Shown here one piece after another: positions 39,827 to 51,100 of a DNA stretch of 64,000 nt (positions are counted from its first letter, which is position 1; each line of letters starts with the position of its first letter). A model generated the notes under the pieces. The model had not been told where the DNA came from. It did not search any database and was given only the letters and a program-made list of their open reading frames with translations. The stretch comes from Botryllus schlosseri. Lineage: Eukaryota. A program made the translations under genes and the position numbers. The stretch spans positions 436,001-500,000 of the forward strand of contig CM119373.1 in NCBI GenBank assembly GCA_051294905.1. Reading direction: 5' to 3'.

Positions 39827-40920
39827 TCATTCTTTGAGCTTTTTTCGTATAGCTGCAGATCGCCTTTTATTTAATTTGGCCTGATTGTGTGCAGCTAATA
39901 AATGTTTGAAGTGCATGTGTGCGCGTGCACGCACAAATCTTCTGATGAGTAATATCAGCACATCATTCCACGTCACATTGCTGGAAGTACTTAACGCATT
40001 GATGACTGCTTGCTCGTCCATGGATTTACTATTAATTTGTTTGCGGACTTCCACTTCTGCCGCAATCACAATTGTCATAAATGCATCACTGGGCACGATC
40101 AAAAATCCACGGTTCACTTTTTCATATTCCGGGCAAAGGGAACCAGATTGAGATATCTGCGAAGATACCCACTTTGCATCTTCACCGGAGAACTTCTTAA
40201 GTCCCCACTTTAACAGCGCTCCGGATATATACTGCAACACCTTTCTGTCATCGTCCGTAAGTGTCGAGTTGTTTGAAGCAGATCTCTGCCCCATTGGTGT
40301 TCGTAAACGTATTACTTGGGGAATGACTGCAGTCAGCATTCTCTTGATATCAATTTCCGTAGGGTCATGGTCGTGTACGGAATAAGTTTTGCGTAACAGC
40401 TCAGAATAAATTTTGAGCATATTCTGTTTCGTCCCGCGGATTTTAAAAATGTCACCAGTCATAGTTTCCCGGAGACCACTCGATATTTCCAGTTTTGACT
40501 CTGCTATGGCCTGTTCTATGATGTCTTTTACTAGTGGAAGAAGTTCATCGGTACCAGAACCAAATAATATTTCCACGCAGAACGGTCCCGGACTTTCGAT
40601 CAATTCCCCCGGAACAGAAATTTCATCATCCATCTGATAAATATAATATCAAGGTCAATGGAATTTCAATTGATAAAGCCTGCAACTGTAACTTATTCAC
40701 ATCGTATAGGCCAAGGACGGTGTTTGATTTGAAAGACACTTTCCTATATTTAAATTGTTACAGTATCGCGTGCTTTGAAATGTAAATTAGTAAATGAGCT
40801 CAACAAGTTTTCAAAATGATCACAAAACTGCTAATAGCCGCACTGCAGCAAGGGAATGAGATGATATGGGATACTCACGTCGTCAAAAATCTCCAGCAAT
40901 TCAGCTTCGCTCAAATCCAT
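39827..40920 (-). CDS. Second P-element gene, 282 aa, 2 exons (40879-40920, 39827-40633), resembling the P-transposase C-terminal domain
   Basis: MDLSEAELLEIFDD|gtgagt...tatcag|MDDEI, phase 0, uninterrupted; LQYISGALLK...VNRGFLIVPS...RFVRARAH; minus-strand AATAAA at ~39768-39773. Confidence 0.8.
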
Positions 40921-41827
40921 CTTCAACAATTCACTTACTAGCTTCTGTAAGGACAGTTATGAAAATAAATGATAAATTCCATTGATTTTAAATGAATAAT
41001 CATTTTAATGCTGCTGCAATACAACGCGACTTGTCTCCGCTCACGCGCTCAGTGGCGTCACAGTCATACGAAGATTGTCGGCGATTGTCTGTCGGCACCC
41101 CATTGTGTGAAACAATGACGATTTCTGACTTCGACGTCGATTTTGGGTGGGTTTCAGTTCCCGGGCCGGATTTCAACTTATATATTTAGAATCAGTGCGA
41201 AATCTGCTTTTGATTGATACCAGTTTTATTCACTTTTGCGCTCTGGTCCCATCTGTATGTTTACCGAGAAACACACTACAGCAGGTTGAAAAGCAGCATC
41301 TGTTATCTCACCACTGGGGGCAGTGCGAAACACAACATCGCATACCGAGTTTCCATGCCAGCTACGCTGTAAATTGCTATGGTCTAATCATACCACCTTT
41401 TATCAGTTCACATATTATATATCGATAGACTGGCAAGTATGGTATACTTGATGTATTTTAGCAAATAAATGTGATAACATGGCTGACATTACAGTATTGT
41501 CTATTCTTGAATGGTAAGAATGGTATTGGCGATAGTTTATTTGTATTTTCTTGGACTCTTGACTGACATTTTTAGACTGCTACCATTCATATCGCAAGGT
41601 GTCAGCTGTCTGTAATTGGTTATTGAATCGATGACTTCTTTCTATGGGCCTGTAATCAAATCTCACATCTGGTTACAACTATCCGGAAATATCCGTATGA
41701 GAAGTTACAGCTATCCGACAATATCCGGAAAAAAATCAGCGCCAACATCCGAATCCTATCCGACTGCCAAAAAATTGTCTAATATCCGGTCCGAATGCTA
41801 TCCGAGTCCGTCCGATGCTCATCACTG

Positions 41828-41886
41828 CGATGGACCCGCTCCAACTCTGCTCGCAGATACTCATTCTCGTCACGCAATGAATCCAT
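41828..41886 (-). pseudogene. gag: Displaced gag N-terminus
   Basis: MDSLRDENEYLRAELER joins in frame to VHRRIDD when the insert and one TSD are removed (407-aa Gag). Confidence 0.88.
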
Positions 41887-41935
41887 ACCGATACCGGTAT
41901 TCTTGTTGCACTGATCGCTGGTTGTTAACTTGAAG

Positions 41936-41951
41936 ACTGGTGTGCTCGCCA
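41936..41951 (-). promoter_or_regulatory. Primer binding site, tRNA-Arg-like
   Basis: TGGCGAGCacaCCAG begins 2 nt after the 5' LTR; partial complement of the tRNA-Arg(ACG) 3' end. Confidence 0.65.
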
Positions 41952-41953
41952 AT

Positions 41954-42166
41954 TGTAACGGTGTCGCTACTAGTTCTTTATACTCTTCAAGTGTAAATCA
42001 GTTCACAGCCAGACAGATACCGTAACAGTTATATTCACGACAGTAGAAAGCGTGTACCACCCATACACAGACACAAAACAGAATATTCCAGAAGGCTGCG
42101 GTTATCTCCCGCGAACGCATTGTCTCCAGGGGTAACGTCATTGGCCATAGATGGCGCCCCGTCACA
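41954..42166 (-). repeat. 5' LTR
   Basis: 213 bp, TG...CA, direct repeat of 29221-29433. Confidence 0.95.
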
Positions 42167-45100
42167 CTTTCGGTCCAGGTTACACGACACACAGCCACAC
42201 ACTCCTGAACCGGATCGTGACCACCTCTGGTCTATGAGGAAAGCTTTGCTAGTGTGACGTCATAACTCATTTTGAAATCCACTAGTGGGCACTGAAGAGT
42301 GTCCGGAATTTGGGTTACAGAAACATGGTAACCCTAGCTTAGAACCCTCGAAATAGTCGGTTTAAGAACTATAGTACGTATATATAGATCATTGGTACGA
42401 AATGAATGTTCTGATGATGATGAGCACCGACCGTAAAATGCTGCAATACGATGGAGTTACAGATATTTTTAATCCGTATATGAAAGAGGTTGGAAGCCTA
42501 TTTCGTGTAAGGAGCTATATCTACCCTATATTTGCGATTGTGAATATCATTCATTAGCGGTACGGGTACCACAGTCGAGAACCACTGTGATTTACATGAT
42601 TACAGCATACAGGTAATGCAATAGCGATATTTCCATTGCAGATAAATATTGAATTTATTTTAATATTGAGATAGCAGAAAATAATCGGTGGGGAAATTCC
42701 CCAGTTTTATCGTGGGATAAGCCATCACTGGTATACCGACATGGTCAGTAAAGAAGTAGGCTACTTGTACTTTTTCGAAGTTCCCAAGTGGTTTTACACT
42801 ACTTATCCAAGTAAATATAATTTACGCCACTACTACTTCGTCATATTCTGTGATTTATGACAGATTGCATGATTCCGTTCATAACGCATTGTCGCCTATC
42901 ATGACATGCTTCTTGACAGTAATATGGTTTATCAGAGCGTTTGGAGCTACCGCTTCGCAATCTAGCATACATAACGTATAATCTAGCACCTTTCCTGACT
43001 ACTTTGAGCATCTGTGTTAAAATTGCCCAACAACACTCGCAAGTGTTAGTCAGAACCTTTCAAGGGTTCGCACCATCCCTAAAACTTACATTAGCAATAA
43101 TCTGGTCGCGATAAAATTCTATTTTATTCGATTTGCCAGATGCTGAACCGATCTCGTCGTTTATCGAAACGCATTACAAAATACCAGAATGCAGATGAAA
43201 GTTTGTACATACCTCCAGGCTTATGTTGTCCAGGCGTTACTGGAGTCCGATGATCTTTCCGACTGACTTTGTCTGTAGAATCAAATAATTGATTTATTCT
43301 CTCCATTCCAAGGCATAAATAAGTGGGGAGAATACAGTTATTATTATTTCTTTATTCACAGTCTGGTAACTGGTAACTATACATGTGCAACCCGGAGAGC
43401 AACGTGCTTAAGCCTATAAATCAGGGGCGGGCAACTTATCCGGTCGGCGGGCCTGATATGGCAAAATGAAGTAGGCGTACTTGGCGGGCTGGATTGCAGA
43501 TTTTATACACTAATCGCGTATTTATCCACATACATACAAGGGATAAATCGCATTTAATGTAAACTTTACGTTTAAGGCAGAGAGACCAAAACAGTATTTC
43601 ATGAATATATTAACCAGATGTATTTCAATAGCCGTTGCAGACAATCATACATCAGTGGTCTATCAAAGTTGCACTACAGGTAAACATCAGTTATATTGAA
43701 ATGCAGTCTCGTCTTTTTAATGCTCGAAATTGTCGGAAATATTTGCTCTCTAATGTATGTAGACCCGAACAGGAAAAGTAGTTGGCCATCTTTCTCAGGT
43801 CGTCAAACTTGGATTTATTCTGTGACTCATAAAATTTGTCAATACTTTCGTAGGGGAGACCGGGGACAATTGTAACAGTTTTTGTATTTTCGAACATTAC
43901 GTGTTTTTCTCGTGGATATTTCATTTCCAAACTTATATATAAATAAGCCAACAACTCGATAGTTGATATAAAAACTAAAATGGATCTCAATCAATATTCA
44001 ATCATGGAAATTTTGGGTCGCGAAAATTGTCGCTTAAATGTTACAATCGCCCCGTGCCCCGGGGCAATTGTAACGTCCATGCGGTGCAATTTTAACAGTG
44101 TTATTTATAACTAAAACAAACAAAATGAATAACAATACTGCGAGCACAAATTGTACTATTGAATTACACTAAAAAAGAGACGTTTGAACGCTTCCAGGTT
44201 ACGCCCCATCGCATTTTTGGCATCTGAATAAATTCTCATCCTTCGTGCCTTCTGCATGAGCTCAAAGTGTACGAGAAACACATTCATTCCATCATATCCC
44301 TACACATATTCGGCCTCTTCTACCGAGGTGCTGTAGTTCAGCGTGCATAAAGGGTTGGGCAATCGGTCACCTGCGAAGTTGCGAAACCGAACTGGCTAAA
44401 ACATCTTTGTTGAATGGGCTGATGATAGTGTACCAAAACGAGAACACAACATTGTGTGGCATCAAAGCTAATGGTATTTTTCTGTTCCGCACAAAATTAA
44501 AATAAATTGTTCACATCAGATGACAAAATGTAATTGGGTAATAATCAAAGTCAGAGGATGAGGATTCAGTCACGGGCAAGCTCTTAAGTGACCATTGAAG
44601 GTCGACACAACAAAAGTCGATCAACATGAGAAAGGGTGGTAGAATCACGGAAATAACCGGACCCTAAGATTCACATCACCACTTCTGTATGGCCGTTCCG
44701 ACAGAGTATCATGGTAGAATTGGTATGACCAGGTAGAGTCTGTTCTGGTATTGAACTTCTGGCTGTTGCAAGATTCATCTGCAGTAGATAAATAGTTATA
44801 CCAACGTATGAACAGATATATTAAGCATTGAAAAGATATTGTAACGGGACAAAAGTAACAGAGTGTTACAATTGCCCCTGATACGCTCGACCACGATTAA
44901 TGTCTCAGGATGGTGCCTTCCCGGCGACGCGAGTCCTAGTTTCCCTATCATCACGGTAGACTATGGTAACATTTTTCCAGCTACATATATTGCATTGTAA
45001 CCACTTGAGGTTTTATTCTTCAAAACAAATTATTCCAGATCAGAAAATATTTACTCAAGGGTCCAAAATTTCGTTTTTTTGAAATTATTCTGGGGTTTCG

Positions 45101-48100
45101 CGTCGTAACTCAACGTAACTTCAAGTATATTAGAAAACATAACTACCGCATGTGCACTCAAAATATGAAGGCGATTTCTTCATCCTATATTAGCGGTGAG
45201 GTCGATTGTTACATTTGTCCCCGTCTTCCCTACTATAACTTCACTTGCAAGTTAGAAACTTTCTGCGGGCCGCTCAGCGGATTTACCTAGCATCGATTTT
45301 TTTAGAAAAGCCGTTCGTTCCAAATCTCGGTGTGCAATTTCCAACTTGGAAAGATAATCAGAGATTTCTGCGGGCTGGGTCCCAGTAAAGGTTCCGGCGG
45401 GGAAGTCGACTTTGCATCCTCCAACTTCAATATGTCCCGCTTCCTTGTCCATAGTAACCGTGCTCGTTTCGCGGGGAACCTTTTTGACTGCTTTGACATC
45501 GACAGAAAATTGTAATTAAGATTTTGTTGTAATATATAGTCAAGGGAGGTGCTTATCCAACTTAAGACACAGCAGGAGTGTTAGACGATGACAATTGCCA
45601 AGAGCGATCTTCGGGCTCAATCATTACTTGTTAAACAGAGGAAATCATCTTGTTTGAAATATAATATGTCGCACTTGGCAGCATCGTGAACCTGAGCGAT
45701 TCGATTTTGAGTCGTGTATATTAGGCTTCGAGTCGAGTATCAATAATATGATGTTATAAGAGTAGAAAGGATGTGGTAAGTTTTATGCTATCATAAAAAC
45801 TATAGTGACTCTTCTATATCACATTTAAGCTAATTGTTGCTTTTGTGACTATAGGTTTGCATTTAGTTTACAGTGTTTTAAACAAAGGCTTTGTTAAAAA
45901 AAAAATTAGTTATATAAATATGCCACAATTGTGTAAATACTTTCCAAAAGCATGTTGTATGAGTCTACGGACGACGATTTCCACCTGATATAGTCAACGT
46001 ATACGATTTGGGATGCTTAGAATAGGGTTGCCATACGTCCGGAATTTTACGGGCATGTCCGGAATTTCACTGTTCAAACTAGCGTCCGGGAGGAATTTCT
46101 AGAATATGCCAAATGTCCGAAATTTTGAAGACTTGACGTAGGCTCATATTTTTTTTCGTAAATCAGCATAAAAACAATATTTTGTGGGAATATTTATGCT
46201 AATGCATGATATTTTTCTTCGCGCTACGCGCGATTACTATCACATTTATTGATTTTAGTATGGAGACTACCGCCCTCGCAAAACTGCAATAAAATATAAA
46301 TAAAAACAACCTTCGTTTACTGGAATAAGCCTAATTGTAATCGCACTTATAGGTGAACGCTATGTTCCTAGAGATCGTTAAGGCCGTTTAAATGCTTTAT
46401 TCAAAGATAGTGGTTCCATACGGGGGGAGGGGGTCGTTTGCCTTTATTATGGGGTTTGCGAATATGTTGAACGTAATCAGCTTCCAAAATAGTCCGTGAG
46501 TAAGTCTGGGCAAAGGTGCTGACTTCTTTTAGTAATCAGTAGGGCGATTTTTTTTGACATGTCAAAAAAAGTAAAAATTAGGTCAAAATTGTAGCGTTAG
46601 GTCAAACTTTGTAAAAATTGTTTACAAAATCAAACATTTTTTGACCTCTACATTTCGTTTGTATCGTAGATTTTGCGCTGTCTGTGAACTTATCATTTGA
46701 TAATTTACAGCCTGTAGCCTACTTTTTTGGCCTACCGTTGTAAACGGCCCATCGTCTGCTCATTGAGAATCATAAACGGTCAAATGAAACAAATAGTGAC
46801 ATGATTTTATGGTCAACGTACCGCAATATCCTAACTGAAGCAAGACTGCTTGGGCATTGCATGGTTCTTAAATCATGAAGCGCAAGCTGAAAAATTGTGA
46901 TATAGACAACATTGTTAGAATGAAGCAACACGGTGCATCACCAGCAAGCAGTGTGCACACAACTTCAGTGTTGTCAGCTAACAACTGCTGCTGTTGAACG
47001 TTCTTTCTCCATTCTTGACAATCTACTTAGTAAGAACAGACACTTTCTACCCGAGATAGCGCAGTGGTATAATCCGCGGCTGCAACACCAATGGGTGTGG
47101 GTTCGATTCCGACCGATGTCGACTTCATAATTCCGATAGCTAAGTGTTGGAGGTTTACCTAGGCTCCGCCCCGCCACCTCATCCACGTAAGCGGTGTCTT
47201 ACAAAAAAGCCTAGAGGTGGGCCGTTCTATATGTTGGCAGTTACGGAAAATAATGAAGAATATCGGCCTGGTGTAAATGACCATAGTAGTTGAAAAACAC
47301 CATGAATACCACAAAACAAACAAACAAAACAAACACTTTCTACCCGAGAATGTAGGAAAGTATCTTTCGTTGTACTACAACAAATTTTAATTATTTCACC
47401 ATAATACGTAATGTAACTATACTGCAATTCTTCATAGGGCCAGATTTCGTTAAAATACTAGTTTTTTCATGTAAAAATATGTCAGTTTTTGAGCCAAAAA
47501 CGTTCTTTCAGGCCAATCTACTTTGTAGGGACAGACAGTTCCAACCAGAAATGAAGATAAGTAGTACAATTTTAACATTATGTGCGAAAACACCTAATTT
47601 GCATACGTGAGGTCAAAATTTGGTCAAATTTCAGTTTTTTAGGTCAAAAAAGGTCAAAATTTATATTTTTTAGGTCAAAATCATCCGTTTTTTAGGTCAA
47701 AAAAATATCGCCCTAGTAATCAGCTCGTCAAATTTTGATCTGGGCCACGGAACATTTTCAAATTGGAGATGGAGTCGCGACCATAAAAGGTTGGAAACCA
47801 CCGGATGTGGGGTGTTGATAAAGCTACGTGGTGCGCACCGGCATAAGGTTGATAAACAATTTTATCGATAGGACATGAACATGACTTGTGCAATTACGCT
47901 CCCTGTATTTCCGAACTCATCATCCTCCACAAGCTCTACCGCTAACTCTGATCATGTGGGCGGAGAGTAGTATCTAGTAATATATGGAACTACTAATATT
48001 ATTAACAGAATTCATTCAAATAATTTAACGACCAGATGCATATAGAAAGCAGATTCATATAACAAGCACCCCCCCCCTCCCCAGAAGCTGCATCGATTGC

Positions 48101-51100
48101 CATATAGTAAGGGCTCAAAATCAATGTTTATTTGGGCGGGAAGGGGCTGCTGAAAACATGTGCTTTCGGTCCAGGTTACACGACACACAGCCTCACACTC
48201 CTGAACCGGATCGTGACCACCTCTGGTCTATGAGGAAAGCTTTGCTAGTGTGACGTCATAACTCATTTTGAAATTCACTAGTGGGCACTGAAGAGTGTCC
48301 GGAATTTGGGTTACAGAAACATGGTAACCCTAGCTTAGAACCCTCGAAATAGTCGGTTTAACAATTATAGTACGTATATATAGATCATTGGTACGAAATG
48401 AATGTTCTGATGATGATGAGCACCGACCGTAAAATGCTGCAATACGATGGAGTTACAGATATTTTTAATCCGTATATGAAAGAGGTTGGAAGCCTATTTC
48501 GTGTAAGGAGCTATATCTACCCTATATTTGCGATTGTGAATATCATTCATTAGCGGTACGGGTACCACAGTCGAGAACCACTGTGATTTACATGATTACA
48601 GCATACAGGTAATGCAATAGCGATATTTCCATTGCAGATAAATATTGAATTTATTTTAATATTGAGATAGCAGAAAATAATCGGTGGGGAAATTCCCCAG
48701 TTTCATCGTGGGATAAGCCATCACTGGTATACCGACATGGTCAGTAAAGAAGTAGGCTACTTGTACTTTTTCGAAGTTCCCAAGTGGTTTTACACTACTT
48801 ATCCAAGTAAATATAATTTACGCCACTACTACTTCGTCATATTCTGTGATTTATGACAGATTGCATGATTCCGTTCATAACGCATTGTCGCCTATCATGA
48901 CATGCTTCTTGACAGTAATATGGTTTATCAGAGCGTTTGGAGCTACCGCTTCGCAATCTAGCATACATAACGTATAATCTAGCACCTTTCCTGACTACTT
49001 TGAGCATCTGTGTTAAAATTGCCCAACAACACTCGCAAGTGTTAGTCAGAACCTTTCAAGGGTTCGCACCATCCCTAAAACTTACATTAGCAATAATCTG
49101 GTCGCGATAAAATTCTATTTTATTCGATTTGCCAGATGCTGAACCGATCTCGTCGTTTATCGAAACGCATTACAAAATACCAGAATGCAGATGAAAGTTT
49201 GTACATGCCTCCAGGCTTATGTTGTCCAGGCGTTACTGGAGTCCGATGATCTTTCCGACTGACTTTGTCTGTAGAATCAAATAATTGATTTATTCTCTCC
49301 ATTCCAAGGCATAAATAAGTGGGGAGAATACAGTTATTATTATTTCTTTATTCACAGTCTGGTAACTGGTAACTATACATGTGCAACCCGGAGAGCAACG
49401 TGCTTAAGCCTATAAATCAGGGGCGGGCAACTTATCCGGTCGGCGGGCCTGATATGGCAAAATGAAGTAGGCGTACTTGGCGGGCTGGATTGTAGATTTT
49501 ATACACTAATCGCGTATTTATCCACATACATACAAGGGATAAATCGCATTTAATGTAAACTTTACGTTTAAGGCAGAGAGACCAAAACAGTATTTCATGA
49601 ATATATTAACCAGATGTATTTCAATAGCCGTTGCAGACAATCATACATCAGTGGTCTATCAAAGTTGCACTACAGGTAAACATCAGTTATATTGAAATGC
49701 AGTCTCGTCTTTTTAATGCTCGAAATTGTCGGAAATATTTGCTCTCTAATGTATGTAGACCCGAACAGGAAAAGTAGTTGGCCATCTTTCTCAGGTCGTC
49801 AAACTTGGATTTATTCTGTGACTCATAAAATTTGTCAATACTTTCGTAGGGGAGACCGGGGACAATTGTAACAGTTTTTGTATTTTCGAACATTACGTGT
49901 TTTTCTCGTGGATATTTCATTTCCAAACTTATATATAAATAAGCCAACAACTCGATAGTTGATATAAAAACTAAAATGGATCTCAATCAATATTCAATCA
50001 TGGAAATTTTGGGTCGCGAAAATTGTCGCTTAAATGTTACAATCGCCCCGTGCCCCGGGGCAATTGTAACGTCAATGCGGTGCAATTTTAACAGTGTTAT
50101 TTATAACTAAAACAAACGAAATGAATAACAATACTGCGAGCACAAATTGTACTATTGAATTACACTAAAAAAGAGACGTTTGAACGCTTCCAGGTTACGC
50201 CCCATCGCATTTTTGGCATCTGAATAAATTCTCATCCTTCGTGCCTTCTGCATGAGCTCAAAGTGTACGAGAAACACATTCATTCCATCATATCCCTACA
50301 CATATTCGGCCTCTTCTACCGAGGTGCTGTAGTTCAGCGTGCATAAAGGGTTGGGCAATCGGTCACCTGCGAAGTTGCGAAACCGAACTGGCTAAAACAT
50401 CTTTGTTGAATGGGCTGATGATAGTGTACCAAAACGAGAACACAACATTGTGTGGCATCAAAGCTAATGGTATTTTTCTGTTCCGCACAAAATTAAAATA
50501 AATTGTTCACATCAGATGACAAAATGTAATTGGGTAATAATCAAAGTCAGAGGATGAGGATTCAGTCACGGGCAAGCTCTTAAGTGACCATTGAAGGTCG
50601 ACACAACAAAAGTCGATCAACATGAGAAAGGGTGGTAGAATCACGGAAATAACCGGACCCTAAGATTCACATCACCACTTCTGTATGGCCGTTCCGACAG
50701 AGTATCATGGTAGAATTGGTATGACCAGGTAGAGTCTGTTCTGGTATTGAACTTCTGGCTGTTGCAAGATTCATCTGCAGTAGATAAATAGTTATACCAA
50801 CGTATGAACACATATATTAAGCATTGAAAAGATATTGTAACGGGACAAAAGTAACAGAGTGTTACAATTGCCCCTGATACGCTCGACCACGATTAATGTC
50901 TCAGGATGGTGCCTTCCCGGCGACGCGAGTCCTAGTTTCCCTATCATCACGGTAGACTATGGTAACATTTTTCCAGCTACATATATTGCATTGTAACCAC
51001 TTGAGGTTTTATTCTTCAAAACAAATTATTCCAGATCAGAAAATATTTACTCAAGGGTCCAAAATTTCGTTTTTTTGAAATTATTCTGGGGTTTCGCGTC

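Larger units (their letters stand above)
36131..41381 (+). mobile_element. P-superfamily DNA transposon, 5251 bp, two genes
   Basis: Perfect 30-bp TIR CATAGCAATTTACAGCGTAGCTGGCATGGA; 7-bp TSD GTCTAAT (36124-36130, 41382-41388); internal 10-bp IR CGATGTTGTG (36181-36190, 41331-41340). Confidence 0.93.
34366..41827. mobile_element. Non-autonomous hAT element (~2.2 kb of its own sequence) inserted in gag
   Basis: TIR CAGTGATGAGC; perfect 8-bp TSD CGATGGAC (34358-34365, 41828-41835); ATCCGA subterminal repeats; weak dimerisation-like remnant VSTEQAF near 34900 on the minus strand. Confidence 0.88.
29221..42166 (-). mobile_element. Gypsy/Ty3 LTR retrotransposon interrupted by nested DNA transposons
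   Basis: Two 213-bp TG...CA LTRs; 4-bp TSD CTTT (29217-29220, 42167-42170); empty site in units 1, 3, 4; domain order gag-PR-RT-RH-IN. Confidence 0.97.

Noticed and set aside
39827..40920. env or extra ORF of the Gypsy element
   Set aside because: It lies inside the P TIRs, has an intron, and lacks a signal peptide or TM segment
36131..41381. Kolobok (THAP transposase plus a second gene)
   Set aside because: TSD is not TTAA, termini are CATAG, and the catalytic motifs are P-type
34366..41827. CAGTGATGAGC TIRs as the ends of the P element
   Set aside because: An inner 30-bp TIR pair with its own 7-bp TSD bounds the two genes; the outer pair is a separate hAT
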